Positions 25,120-37,904 of a stretch of DNA of 64,000 bases are shown piece by piece. This stretch comes from Macrostomum lignano (lineage: Eukaryota). The translations under genes were made by a program, and so were the position numbers. The DNA is taken from contig NIVC01001187.1 of assembly GCA_002269645.1 (NCBI GenBank), forward strand, positions 248,001-312,000, given 5' to 3'. Numbering within the stretch: the stretch's first letter is position 1; every line of letters starts with the position of its first letter. The notes below the pieces were generated by a model, which saw only the letters and a list, made by a program, of their open reading frames with translations, made no database searches and was not told the DNA's origin.

Positions 25120-25782
25120 ATGAACTTCAGTCTATTGATACTTTTGTCCCTATTGGGCGCGGCCACTGCGTTCGACAAATATCCGAAAGAATTTGTTTTT
25201 GAGCTACCAGATAATGAGGAATTTTGCTTCTACGAGGAATTCGCGCAGGACGCCACAAAAGAAGCGTTTAACACAGTGTTTCGCGTGATTCGCGGCGGTA
25301 ACAATGACGTGGACTTTGCAATCACTGCTCCGGACAACCAGAAAGTTTACGAGAAGCAGAAGCAACACTTTGATGAGCACGAGCACACTTTCCGTCCTGG
25401 CACTTATTCCTTCTGCTTTGGCAACAAGTTTTCAACCATCACGCACAAGCAGATCTACTTCGCCCTGAACCGCAAACGGCCGGAAAGTCTGGCTGAAGAG
25501 GCCGGAGCAACCAACGTACCGACAGCAATGTCTCTGTTGCAGACCAAGATGGAGGCCATCCACGAATATCTGGTCACTGTGGAGACGGTGCAGTCAATCT
25601 ACAAGGTGCGCGAAGCCGAGGGACGCGAGATTAGCGAGGATCTGAACGAGCGCGTCATGGTATTCAGCGCCATTCTGGCCATGGCTGTGGTGGTTTGCGG
25701 CTTCGGACAGGTTGTGGTGCTCAGGACTTTCTTCTCAGACAAAAAATCCGTCTCTTATCCTCGCTATCCTACCAAGGCTTGA
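25120..25782 (+). CDS. TMED7: p24/emp24-gp25L family cargo receptor, TMED7/TMED3-like (gamma subfamily), intronless CDS
   Basis: Signal peptide, GOLD domain (FELPDNEEFCFY, GGNNDVD, YSFCFGNKFSTITHKQIYF), coiled coil, C-terminal TM and QV...FF tail. TMED7 versus TMED3 is not resolvable by eye. Confidence 0.9.
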   Translation: MNFSLLILLSLLGAATAFDKYPKEFVFELPDNEEFCFYEEFAQDATKEAFNTVFRVIRGGNNDVDFAITAPDNQKVYEKQKQHFDEHEHTFRPGTYSFCFGNKFSTITHKQIYFALNRKRPESLAEEAGATNVPTAMSLLQTKMEAIHEYLVTVETVQSIYKVREAEGREISEDLNERVMVFSAILAMAVVVCGFGQVVVLRTFFSDKKSVSYPRYPTKA

Positions 25783-26012
25783 GTTGAAGGCGGTGGTTTT
25801 TCTAATCCCCTTTGATTCTTTATGACTCTTAGGTGATTCCATAATCCGTTAATATTCCTCCTTCAGCTGACAGTGAAACCTACTTGCCAACAAACCCCTT
25901 AAATATGAAGTTCTATCACCCGAATTCAGTTACTAGTTTCCACTGGTTCCAATCCAATTTCACTCATGATTTATGAACCCCAAGCTCAAACCTTGCAGCC
26001 CTCGTTCATAAT

Positions 26013-26395
26013 TCACCATCTCAGCTCCATCTCACCTTATCTCAGCTTCATCTCACCCTATCCCAGCTCCATCTCACCTTATCCCAGCCTCTATCTCACC
26101 CTATCCCAGCTCCATCTCACCTTATCCCAGCCTCTATCTCACCCTATCCCAGCCTCCATCTCACCCTGTCGCAGCTTCATCTCACCTTATCCCAGCTCCA
26201 TCTCACCTTATCCCAGCCTCCATCTCACCCTATCCCAGCTCTATCTCACCCTATCCCAGCCTCCATCTCACCCTATCCCAGCTCCATCTCACCTTATCCC
26301 AGCTCCATCTCACCTTATCCCAGCCTCTATCTCACCCTATCCCAGCTCTATCTCACCCTATCCCAGCTCTATCTCACCTTATCGCAGCTCCATCT
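26013..26395. repeat. About 21-bp pyrimidine-rich minisatellite CTCACCCTATCCCAGCTCTAT
   Basis: Direct tandem repeat. Confidence 0.88.
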
Positions 26396-27164
26396 GACCC
26401 TTCCCAAGTGTTCCCAAATTCAAAATCACATAAGTCTGTTCCTATTATGTGCATTCCTACAGACAGTCAGTCATGCAAGCAGGTAGTTAGAGCTCTGCTT
26501 AGTGTTTTTTTGTTTCCCAACATGTAGCGTTTCTGTTTTACTACAGAATCTGTTTGACTTTTTGACCTGTGGTATTTCTCATTTTTTGTTCTCTGTAACA
26601 GTAGGCCCAGCCTTTGAAGTTTTGAATGAAAAAATCAATCAAAAGATGTAGACTAAAGCGTCAGTGTGTGAACTTTTCCTAGAGGTCAGAAAATTCCTCT
26701 ATTGCTGATGTTCTCTCATAACTGCTCGGTTTCCTAATTTCTAGGCAATTTTCTCACACAATTTTCCCCAATTGCCCCTAATTTCTTTGACCTTTGGTGT
26801 TTTTTATTCCTTCTGTTTTTAATTATTGACAGCGTTTTGCCATTCACTCACTATTAGTAGTAATTGTAGCTTATTTTAACTGGAGTGAAGCAGGAGCTGA
26901 GCTACAGACTGGCTGATTTTCCTGTCCTAAAAATTCTTTAATGCGTTTAAAAGTTTGTGTTTTCAGACCCCCGATATACTAATAGAAGATTTTGCTTTTG
27001 TTGCTTCAATTTCAATTCCTGGGGTTTCTTCTGCGGTTTCTGGCGTGCAAAGTTTTGTTCGCCTTGCTGAAATAAATATATTGGTTTGAAAACCATTGCC
27101 CTTGTTCACTTGCAGGATGGATTTGAGTGGTCAAAATATGGCTTAGTATCGTATGGACTGACTG

Positions 27165-27900
27165 GTGCCTGGCACCCCTGTCTAACAGGTGGGCAGCGAT
27201 GCCATAACAGGTGACTGGCACCCCTGTCTAACAGTTGGGTAGCGATGCCATAACAGGTGACTGGAACCCCTGTCTAACAGGTGGGCAGCGATGCCATAAC
27301 AGGTGACTGGCACCCCTGTCTAACAGTTGGGTAGCGATGCCATAACAGGTGACTGGAACCCCTGTCTAACAGTTGGGTAGCGATGCCATAACAGGTGACT
27401 GGCACCCCTGTCTAACAGGTGGGCAGCGATGCCATAACAGGTGACTGGCACCTCTGTCTAACAGTTGTGTAGCGATGCCATAACAGGTGACTGGCACCTC
27501 TGTCTAACAGGTGGGCAGCGATGCCATAACAGGTGACTGGCACCCCTGTCTAACAGTTGTGTAGCGATGCCATAACAGGTGACTGGAACCCCTGTCTAAC
27601 AGTTGGGCAGCGATGCCATAACAGGTGACTGGCACCTCTGTCTAACAGTTGTGTAGCGATGCCATAACAGGTGACTGGCACCTCTGTCTAACAGGTGGGC
27701 AGCGATGCCATAACAGGTGACTGGCATTCCTGTCTAACAGATGGGTAGCGATCCCATAATAGGTGACTGGCGCCCCTGTCTAACGGGTGGGCCGCGATCC
27801 CATAACAGGTGACTGGCCCGCCCCTGTCTAACGGGTGGGCCGCGATCCCATAACAGGTGACCCGGCACCCCTGTCAATGACTGCATGGCACCCCTGTCTG
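27165..27900. repeat. 46-bp minisatellite made of 22+24-nt TAACAG-led subunits
   Basis: TCTAACAG recurs with period 46 (27181, 27227...). The array decays at its right end. Confidence 0.93.
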
Positions 27901-28850
27901 CATGACAGGCGGGCAGTGTCAGAAATGAAAATACTTAAATTACAGTTCCCTACCTGCAACCGTTGTTCCCGAAGGTTACATGCATATGTGAGGTGATGGG
28001 GAACTGAGGGAGGAATTGTATATCGCAAAGTAATTCCTTGTCAGACGAATTTCGATGCCAAAATATTGAATTATATACTCGGTGATTGTGCGACCAATAC
28101 TCGAATAAACTGGTCTTTGTTACAGCCATACGAGTACATGGTACTTGTACACAGGACAGTACAGTATATCAAGGCTTCTTTTCAATGCCATAAACCGATT
28201 TGCTTTATCAATGCGTGACAATACTACATGTAACTACATGGCAAATATTGCCTTGTGTATTATGCAATCAATATACCAGCAAAATACTAGCTAATGTATA
28301 TCAAATCACCTGCATGCAAACTAGCTGTGGGGATTTTGGGTATGGAGCTGATTTATTGCTATAATATAATGATTGGTCACCTGGGTGTAATTAGTCTCTT
28401 ACTATACATGTGCATCCCAAAGCACCACATGTGTTTAGCGAGGTGGCGAATATGTATCCAGGTGAATTCATTTTTGAAAATCATAGAAAAATTGGAACGT
28501 TTCAAAATGCATTAGAAATATTGAAACAAATGATTAATGACGCCATGCATGCGTTGGGGGTAAACTTTCGAATACACTATATGTTTTGGCGGATCCGGGG
28601 GTGATAACAGTTGTTATCACCCCCAGGCTGATCCCTGGAATGATAGTGAATCCCAGTGGGATTTTTTCCTGGGGAGGTCAGCCGACCCCTTTGACCTCCC
28701 AACGGATCCTCCAGTGGTGAATTTGACCCATGTACCTTATAGAGAATATCACGCAGCCTTAGATAAAGTTATGAAAGGATGGGCATTAAATGCATAATAA
28801 TAATAATAATCATCATCATCATTGAATACACCGGCCCCAATGAGCAGATG

Positions 28851-29036
28851 CAGTAGCGCAACCAGAAATTTTTCAAGGAGGGCGGATTCTGAGGGTAAAG
28901 TCCCGGGAGGGGGGGCGGCGGAGGGGTAGCTCTGTTTTTGGCGAAAATTCGCTTGGTCCCCCCTTTGATTTTTTTTCGGTCCCCCGCCTAAGGGGGGGGG
29001 CGACCGCCCCCCCGCCCCCCCCTGGTTGCGCCACTG
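28851..29036. mobile_element. 186-bp hAT-type MITE
   Basis: 15-bp TIRs CAGTAGCGCAACCAG / CTGGTTGCGCCACTG (1 mismatch). Perfect 8-bp TSD AGCAGATG at 28843-28850 and 29037-29044. Confidence 0.88.
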
Positions 29037-29139
29037 AGCAGATGTGCAACCGACAGCTCAGCCGCAGCTATTGCGCGGCGCATCTGAAGGCTGCGTACGG
29101 CTGTTCAGTCCAAGGACTGGGGGGGGGGGGGGGGGTCGC

Positions 29140-29950
29140 CACACACTCTCAAGTAGCAAATGCTGCATGGTAACTCTGCACTTTACAGCTGGGTGAAAAC
29201 CTTGAACCATGAAGCAATGTAGAGTTAAGTGTCCACAAATTGTTCCGAGTGCATGGGTCGATCGAATCGAACCCCCGACCTTTCAATCGTGATTCCGACC
29301 ATAAGCGTAGGAACGTTTCAAAAAGTGGGGGGCAGGTTCAGTGACAGATTTAGGGGGGGGGGCACAGGGTGCACGCCCCATCGAGTTATATTTTTTTATA
29401 CGGAAAATGCACATTATCATGTACCGATTATTTTCAGAATCAGTCAGCAGTCAGAAACTCATTTTATAAAGCACCGCAGGCACTCATTTTAGCGCCGTAG
29501 GCCCGCATTTTGGCGCCGCAGGCCCTTATTTTAGCGCCGCAGGCACTCATTTTGGCGCCGCAGGCCCTCATTTTAGCGCGGCAGGCACTCATTTTAGCGC
29601 CGCAGGAACTCATTTTGGCGCCGCAGGCACTCATTTTGGCGCCGCAGGCCCTCATTTTGGCGCCGCAGGCCCTCATTTTAGCGCCGCAGACACTCATTTT
29701 AGCGCCGCAGGCACTCAATTTGGCGCTGCAGGCGCTATGTTTTGTCGCCCTGCAGCAAAATGTATTCATGCAAAGCAGAAAAAAACCAAAAATAAGCAAG
29801 AAGTCTACATTTTACACTTAAAATGTGGAGGGGCCAGATACCATTACTGGCCCCCCCCCATTTTAGAAAGTGGGGGGGGCATGCCCCACTGCCCGCCCCC
29901 GTTCCTACGCCTATGATTCCGACGCTCTAGCCACTAGGCTAGGCTACAAC
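29140..29950 (-). mobile_element. tRNA-derived SINE interrupted by a MITE
   Basis: A-box TAGCCTAGTGG (29941-29931) and B-box GGTTCGATTC (29273-29264) are at tRNA-like spacing once 29300-29923 is removed. The downstream body contains ACTTAAC...TTGCTTC...CACCCAGCTGTAAA, which resembles metazoan SINE core domains. Confidence 0.7.
29300..29915. mobile_element. 616-bp hAT-type MITE carrying an internal 21-bp minisatellite (about 29480-29735)
   Basis: 16-bp TIRs CATAAGCGTAGGAACG / CGTTCCTACGCCTATG (1 mismatch). Perfect 8-bp TSD ATTCCGAC at 29292-29299 and 29916-29923. Confidence 0.9.
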
Positions 29951-32900
29951 CGGAATGCATTCATATTGCTAATAGCTCGGATATTTGAAGTTTAAAAATA
30001 CAACTTCAACTTTAAATATTTGAGAATAAATTTTATCTTCGAACCCTTTGTATACAGAGACCGGCACTTCGGCATGCACATGCAAAACCAACTTATTACA
30101 TAATGCAGTGAAGTGCCACGCGCTCCAACTCAAAGTCAAAAGCATAATAAGCATTAAGCAACAGACTACCGCCCGGTCCATCGATGGATGGGACGGGATG
30201 GTTCAGAAGTCGGGAGGATATTATCACCTATCCTCCTCAATCCCTAATCCTCATCCTCATATTCCACGGAATCCACGTCAATAACAATAACACTTAGGGT
30301 TCAAGCTTCACATGGAACAGATGGAATTTTATTGTTGAATAAAATCAACAAGTTGACACACAACTGAGGCGCGATCCAGATTCTCGTATGGCTTTGCGTT
30401 TTGGACATTGAATGATGGTGTAGTTATTCGTAATCTTATCAATAATCCTATATACTAAAAGTAAAAATCTTGCTTGCTTGCTTGTAAAATATTCTTAATT
30501 TCTAGTCAAATTATAGAATAGAATGTTATTCATGATTCAAGAGAAGGTACAGACAGGTGGGCGGTTGGTAAATGCGATTCTGTGACTGTGAGTGAATCAA
30601 TGAGTGTCCCTAGTCCCTGCTTACACTCACATTCACACATTACCTGTATGTCAGATTTGACAACTTGATGGTTCTTGACTGTAACTGTAACAGACTTCAT
30701 TTATCATTATAGCCTACAACTACAATCCAGTCTGCTGCACCGTTATAAAACACTGCCCTGTTACTCGTAGTCGGGTCGTTCGCAAATTCTAGAAGGAGCA
30801 AAAATTTTAACAATTTTCCGAACATTTACTATTGTTACTGCCATATTCAAAATAATAGGACACTTTTATCTGTGAATAAAGATAATTTTTGGGTTGAACT
30901 TTATCATGCAAAAGTGTTTTTAATCATCTGGCGGTATTAAGCGATAATTAGCGATGAAAAAATTCAAATTCAATCATTTCACCGATGTTAATTTTTGATA
31001 CTACAAGATGTCTGTAGCTAAAACAAGTTGTTGTTGTGTTGAAACCTTGCTATATTACATTTAAAATGAAAGCTTATATAAATTTAATTTAAGAATTTTT
31101 TAAAGCACAATAAACTGCACTATAAATGATTTTATAGACGCTTAACTGGACGCCTAGCATTTCCGGTGGGATAGCCTCTTTGCGTCTCACAAAATGTATT
31201 TTTCAGCTGACGTCTAGAATGTGCGCTTAAAATGATACATTTTGATGCAGATAATTAGAAAAACTTGTCTTATTATCTTTTTGTAAAAAATTGTTATGAA
31301 ATAGAGCACTATTATTGATAAAAATAATTAAAAGCAACCATGCATCGCAATTAACTCCTACTTTGAAGCACAAAATAAATATCCTGTAACCACACTAGCA
31401 TTCTCCATGGAGCACCTTTTGAGCTGAAATTTTACACAGATATCCAGTAAAGTAAACTGAGCAAATGATTTTTTTTGTTTTTGAAAATACTTCAATTTGG
31501 CTATGTATCAGTTAGTTCATTGGACATATTTATTATATTTTTATTAAAATCCTTGTAACCAAGCTACAGAGAAACATGTGCAAAACTGGACCTTGAAATT
31601 TGACCTGAATGATCAGCAAATGTGTATCTCGAAATGATTTTTTTTGTTTTCATCAAGTCATTCTATGCTAATTTTTTCTGAAGGGAAAGATACCATATAT
31701 TTAGAGTCAATAGGGGAAGCATTTAAACTTATTCAATAGTCATTAAAATTGCAACTATATTATTATAATATAGTAATACTATTATACCTGTATTATATAG
31801 TAATATTAACTTCTAAGATGCCCTTATAAATTTAAGTAAAGACAACAGGCCTTAATTAATTAATCAGCATTTTGAAGAAACTGACCTTATACAGATGGGC
31901 CCCAAGCTAAGAAATGAATGTAGAGCTTATTTCGTGTAAGGTATAAAAATCAATTTATTATAATAATAAATACTCCTAATAAATTGGTTAAATTAGTTAT
32001 TTACCTTGAATTAATTTAATTTAATAATTAAATATATAAATTTGTTTCACTTCTTACTGCATTTAAATAGAGTACCTCTCTACTATACTATAGAAGTATA
32101 GTAAAAGTATGGTAAAAAAGTATAGTAAAAAATTTTCTTTAGTTTAATCCCAGCTTGCCTCAGTTTTTTAGTCTTAATACGAGCTAGATAGTAAGTGTTG
32201 ATTAATTTGCTCCATCACCTTTTGCCACGGAAACAGCACATGTCGGACATGCAACACTCTTCCTGATCCCTGGATCCAAGATGACTGCTTCTGCTTCTTC
32301 AATGCTTGAAAACTGAGCTCATGGAGCTTTAGGTTATGCTGTCAGAGTGCTGCTGCCGGTGCTGTGTGTGTATGTGTGTGTCTTCTGTGGGTAGGTTCCC
32401 TGTCCCTCAGTTTAGCCACTGTTGTGGGCTAACTGGAGGAATTGCCGTTGTCGGTGCTGCAGGTGGCACTGCATGGTAGTATTGACGCTGTCAGTGACGC
32501 TGGCAAAGGCTTGGACGAAGCTAGGTGCCGTCATTGTCAGAAGGACATGCGTGTGCTGCTTAGACCAGTGCGCACATTCGACTGGACTCGTATCTGGTGC
32601 AGTCTGGTGTATTCACTGAGATTGTGTGGATCTGCCTCCTCGCATCACCTCAACCAGGCTCAATTTCTTTTGTAGAATTTTCGTGCGCTGCTTAACTGCA
32701 TCTTGTGCCTGCTGAGTGATGCCAAGAATTGTGCCACACAATAATTTGGCCCATAAACTACTCGTATATTATACATATGTATGCACAGCACACACACACG
32801 CTGTTCATTCATATTAAATGTACTAGTTAATGGAATTCTCATCTCATGAGCTCTAGTCTATGGACAAACCTGAAATTACTAGAATATCTAGATAGATCTA

Positions 32901-35559
32901 AACTTCTTTGAGCAGCGCGCTGCGCTGCGATCAAAATACATGTAGATTCTTTAGCGCAACTAATTAATAATGTAGTACAGTCTACAGCCTGAAGTAGCCT
33001 GTGTAAGATGCGGAGGGATGATTTTTGCATAGGAAGCCACTACGGTAAGGTTGATGGAACTATGGGGAGGTGAGAGATTCAAAGCGAGGGACGGAAGCCA
33101 TGCATAGTTCGATCATAAGTTTAATTTTTGCATGAGTCTGGGGATGCATTAACGAGAGGCGGACGAGAGCATAGAAATAAAGCGGGCTAAAAAATATTAA
33201 TACACAAAATTACATGTGCTAGCTAGTAATTTCAGAATGGTCAGCGACTCCTCCGATTTGTATCCGCGACCGCGTGCCCACAAATCCCCCGGCAGACCCT
33301 GTCGCAGTTGGTGGTTGTGCACAGAATACAATGTTAATTTTCGAGCTTCTCTGCAAAAAATGCGTGATGCACTCAATATGCGTGCTATAGTCTACTTCTT
33401 TGATTAGATGGCTGGGTTTTGCCTTTTCACTTGTGATCATCAAAAGCTTGGGCGTCATTGCTACTGGTGTTTCAGTGTGCGCATTATGTCTGGTTATCAT
33501 ATTATGTGCATGTGCAGTGTCTTTTACCTACATTTTTGTTTGTCTCTGTTTCCTGCATGCTCTTTCGCATTTTTACACCTCGCACATCCTCATTTTTCTC
33601 AATTAACAAGTGAAATCTTTTCTTAAAGACTAATTGCTATTTTAGTTAAGCTAGTAGGTTTTTGGTAATTAAATAATTCAATTTTGTCTATTTTCCAAAA
33701 AGTTTCAAAAAATGAATTAATTAAAATAAATTTGAATTATTTTAAGTTAATTGGAGTAAAATGTCTAATAAGTAACTATAATTTTTTATTTTAAGTACAT
33801 GTAGCTTTGGTATAAGTATTAATGTAATAAGTACTTAAAGTAAAATCAAGCAAGTTATAGTTTTCAGAAATTATGCTACAAATAATCAAATATATACTAG
33901 TATCCGAATTCCTTTATTAAGGAACATGCAGTCGATATTAAATTCACAATGTGCTTTTTGGTGTTCAAGGATAGTTCCCTGACTTTTTCTATTATTAGTT
34001 AGATTTTATTATATTTAATGTAAAAATGAAAACAATTCTATTAACCATAAAAATGAACATTCTTTATTTGTCGAATCATCTTAACTTTGAAAAGATACAT
34101 AGTGAAAACTTGATTTTTAATTCAACCTTTCAAGACTTATTTAGACTTCTTAATTCAGTGATTAGTTAAACTGATCGAAGTCCTTTCGAGTGCATGCTAT
34201 AATAATTTCGCACTTTTTCGCACACGATAATTTTAAATGTCTGGGATTTAGAGCAGAGTAACAAAATGCTGTGCTCAAAAACATTTCCTTTGTCAATTTC
34301 TTGTTCTTTTATTTTTGCAAAAGAAATTTAACTGCATATTTAAAATAAAAATAGAAGAAAATTTTATTTTCTCTTCAATATTTTTGTCGTTTATTTTCCG
34401 CAACAAAGAATAACAAATAGCCTTGATTTCTTGTCAATTTCAAGTTTTCTTGTGGTTTTAGTAGCAGCTTCTTACAGAAATTGTCGAAAGAATTTTTTTT
34501 GTACGATTATTGGTCGATGTATAAACTTTTTTTGCAATAACAAAAAGTTGTGACCTAGCTTTGAGAACGACCCAGTCATGAATCTAGTTTAACTTGATTA
34601 TTTATAAACAAAGCTGAGGAACCAATAAGAATTAATTCAAATTAAATTGTTTCAAACAAATAAATTAAATACAAATACACTAACTTACATATAATGCAAT
34701 AACATAGTATAATATTACATGTACAAAGGCGTGAACAAGTTATTTTGGTTGGATTTTATACGTACACTTTCTACTGTCTTATTTGTCTCAGGGCTTATCT
34801 ATGGGCACTGAGAGTCATAAAATCACTTTAAACCTCTTGGGGTAAATGAAATAGATTAGGCCCTCCTTTCCCTTTCGTCTTTGACTAGGTGGAGCTCCCT
34901 TCCTATCCTCGCCTGCCGATTGGTTGAGGGTGTCATTAAATCTCGGGCTTTGACCAGCCAATTAAAGAAGCGCGCCGGCCAAAGGAAAGCTGAAGGGGGA
35001 ACCAGTCAGTCTAATTGAATAAAAGCCTTGCCAGTGCCCAGCACAGATTTCAATACCAAACCAATAAGAACAAAATCAGGCTACTATAATTAACTATACA
35101 CTCGTGCGAGTATATTGTAAACAGCTTGTTAAAAAGCGATCGATTTTGAATTCAAGACTCAACGCGTTCTATCTCACTAATGTAAGTGTTTATTTATCTA
35201 TCTGGTATTTATCTATCTGGTATTCTTTACAACAGTTCATATACATTAATTTTAGGTGCTCTCTTAATTTAGATTTAGAACTTCCTGTAAATTACTACGA
35301 GGAATTATTGAATTAATGCCAATGGGTTTAATGGCTAGGGCCTATAATATTACTTACAAGTTACTATACTCAATGCGGTATAAATATAAAACGATTAGAG
35401 ATTGGAAACTCTGTTTAACCTCTGTTCTCTTCAGCATCAGGCAATCTCCGGGGCGTCGACAGTTAGGACTTCTACTCGTACATTAATGGAATCGGAGTGT
35501 ACCCTCTCCCGGGCATTATACTTATGCATGCATGTAATGAGTGCTTGCTTATCCCCCCG

Positions 35560-35990
35560 CCCATTCTACACAGTGGAGTGCTACCCTCCCCGGCCATTCT
35601 ACACAATGGAGTGCTACTGCTACCCTCCCCGGCCATTCTACACAATGGAGTGCTACTGCTACCCTCCCCGGCCATTCTACACAATGGAGTGCTACTGCTA
35701 CCCTCCCCGGCCATTCTACACAATGGAGTGCTACTGCTACCCTCCCCGGTCATTCTACATAATGGAGTGCTACCCTCCCCGGCCATTCTACATAATGGAG
35801 TGCTACCCTCCCCGGCCATTCTACATAATGGAGTGCTACCCTCCCCGGCCATTCTACATAATGGAGTGCTACCCTCCCCGGCCATTCTACACAATGGAGT
35901 GCTACCCTCCCCGGCCATTCTACATAATGGAGTGCTACCCTCCCCGGCCATTCTACACAATGGAGTGCTACCCTCCCCGGCCATTCTACA
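35560..35990. repeat. 33/39-bp minisatellite CTACCCTCCCCGGCCATTCTACATAATGGAGTG upstream of the zinc-finger CDS
   Basis: Direct tandem repeat that artificially extends the ORF 35402..37129. Confidence 0.9.
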
Positions 35991-36163
35991 TATTAATGCT
36001 ACACTTGCTATTTACAATAAAGGTGCTCCCCTCCGGAACATGCAGTCAGTCTGTATCAAGAATGCGGAACTTTATACATGAGTTGACGCCCCGCCCCAAG
36101 CATCCAACATTGTTACATGTACATCACAATACCGTATTTTCCCAATTCCCAGCAGCGGCCATC

Positions 36164-37129
36164 ATGCAGCAACAACTCCTGCAGCAGATCAACGGCAGTG
36201 CAGGAGTAGCAAAGCGGCTGCACACCGACTCTGAAGACCAATCCGACACCGACTTGTCTGATAGTGAAGGCCGACTCGTCATCGACATGTCCAACTCCGC
36301 CTGCTCGACCAGCATCAATGTCACCGACTGCACTGAAAACGACATCCCAACGCCGCCGCCAGCGCCGCCTCCGTCGATTCAGCCGAAGATAAAGTCTTCT
36401 GTTGACGAAAGTTGCACCTTCAACAGATGGTGGCTGACGACAGAGCAGCATTCATCAGCAGAATCTCAACAAGCATCTCCACTGCCGGTGCAGATGCCGC
36501 CCCGTGTCCCAAAAACAGAAAGCAGCAGCGACTGGTGGTCCCAGTGGAACCTGCAGCAGCAGCAGCAGCAGCAGCACCAGCAGCAATCTTCTCGGCGTTG
36601 GGGCCCGCCCCAGACTGTCAGCGACAGGCTGTGTGCCTGCATCGGTTGCGCCGTCGGCAGCTGGCCCTGTCGGGCCTGGCAGCCACAGCAGCCGCTTCAA
36701 CCGCGGCATCAATCAGCGGGGTTTCAGCCAGTCGGATGGCAGTTCTCGCCGCCTTTAGCGCCACCACCCCAGCCGCCCGCATTGGCGTCTCAGCAGCAGG
36801 CAGCAATGGAGCCGCAGGCTAAAAGAAGTTGCGACCAGCCTCAAAGCATCGGGAACTTCGAATGCCGCTGGTGCAACGCCGATCCGTTCCGTAGCTGTCG
36901 CCAGCTGGCGCAGCACATTCAGCGCGTCCACCAGCTGGCTAGCGGAGCCTGCGGCGTCTGCGGCTCGGCCAGGGTTGGACCCGGCCACTGCCGGCAGCAC
37001 GCGGCCGAGTGTCTGACCGCGACCGGCCGGTCAGCCTTCCTCTGCGCCGCCTGCGAGGGCAGGATTTTCGCGTCCCGCTCCGCCTTGAAGCGGCACACCG
37101 AGCGGCACCACCGCAGCGGCAGGAGGTGA
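36164..37129 (+). CDS. C2H2-type zinc-finger protein, about 321 aa from the ATG at 36164
   Basis: Acceptor TTTTCCCAATTCCCAGCAG lies just upstream of the ATG. Poly-Q and Pro-rich tracts. Fingers CRWC-x13-HIQRVH and CAAC-x13-HTERH flank a degenerate CGVC...HCRQH unit. Additional upstream coding exons cannot be excluded. Confidence 0.75.
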   Translation: MQQQLLQQINGSAGVAKRLHTDSEDQSDTDLSDSEGRLVIDMSNSACSTSINVTDCTENDIPTPPPAPPPSIQPKIKSSVDESCTFNRWWLTTEQHSSAESQQASPLPVQMPPRVPKTESSSDWWSQWNLQQQQQQQHQQQSSRRWGPPQTVSDRLCACIGCAVGSWPCRAWQPQQPLQPRHQSAGFQPVGWQFSPPLAPPPQPPALASQQQAAMEPQAKRSCDQPQSIGNFECRWCNADPFRSCRQLAQHIQRVHQLASGACGVCGSARVGPGHCRQHAAECLTATGRSAFLCAACEGRIFASRSALKRHTERHHRSGRR

Positions 37130-37904
37130 ACGGCGGGGCCTCTTCAATCATCTGAGCTCCTCAAAATGATCCGTTTTAATTTGGTGCGCAAAATGCAAGC
37201 CTTTGTACTGATAGTAGCAACCAATGTTCATGTATCGATTATTTCACCATTCAACTACGCGTAAATATCTGCAATTGTTAAAATGTATTTTTCCGGGCTT
37301 GCCGATCAAGTTAAATCATTAATTTATTTGCATTTGCGATCTTACCATTGTGCTATAAAAGCTTTTGCTTTTTTCTTCAATAAATTTTTCTCTAATAAAA
37401 AATTAAGACTGAGTTGGCATTACAAGATTTCTTTTCTTTAAGAGATCAAGTTGAAGAAGCATCAAAACGAATATTTATTTAGTCGGAGCATCGGCAGCAT
37501 TAATTAGAATATATCGACACAGAGATAAAGTGTATAAATATAATGTTGCACTTTCTAGATTTTGGACACGCGACAATATCAGTTATGATATAACTCAGCT
37601 GCTATGTAAGTAGCATAGGATGCATTTAACTAGTTAAAAACTATTTACAAAGGTAAAAGACAAACAGAAATATAAAATGACGCACAACAATATACGAGTA
37701 TAAAAACTGAGTAAGCCTTTAATTTTTATGACAGTCTAACAGAACAGAACGCAGTTAAGCCAGCAAAGTTCTAGTGGCGGACAGAAAACCTGTACAAATT
37801 TTTTATCAGCGACTCAAAACGTAAGGTACAGAAAAAAACGCACTGCAATTCAGCAACTTCGCAGTTGTGTCATTGTGTGGGTCTGCTGCTCAATGCAGAA
37901 GTAC

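Noticed and set aside
14940-27900. Arrays that superficially resemble CRISPR repeats (e.g. 15-17 kb, 27.2-27.9 kb)
   Set aside because: No unique spacers and no cas genes; eukaryotic context.
28040-28270. Possible degenerate LINE C-terminal fragment (YSVIVRPILE-like)
   Set aside because: One short motif with stops; not enough support without a database search.
29250-29950. Functional tRNA gene
   Set aside because: A and B boxes are present, but the sequence is split by a MITE, lacks a convincing acceptor stem and continues into a SINE-like body.
32300-33630. Short ORFs, including a hydrophobic 68-aa frame
   Set aside because: No recognisable motif, splice chain or codon bias; consistent with decayed repeats or intergenic DNA.
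35402-36163. N-terminal 254 aa of the 575-aa ORF (CYPPRPFY repeats)
   Set aside because: Starts at a non-ATG codon and runs through a minisatellite. A good acceptor and ATG lie at 36150-36166, so it is treated as non-coding, although exonic use is not strictly excluded.
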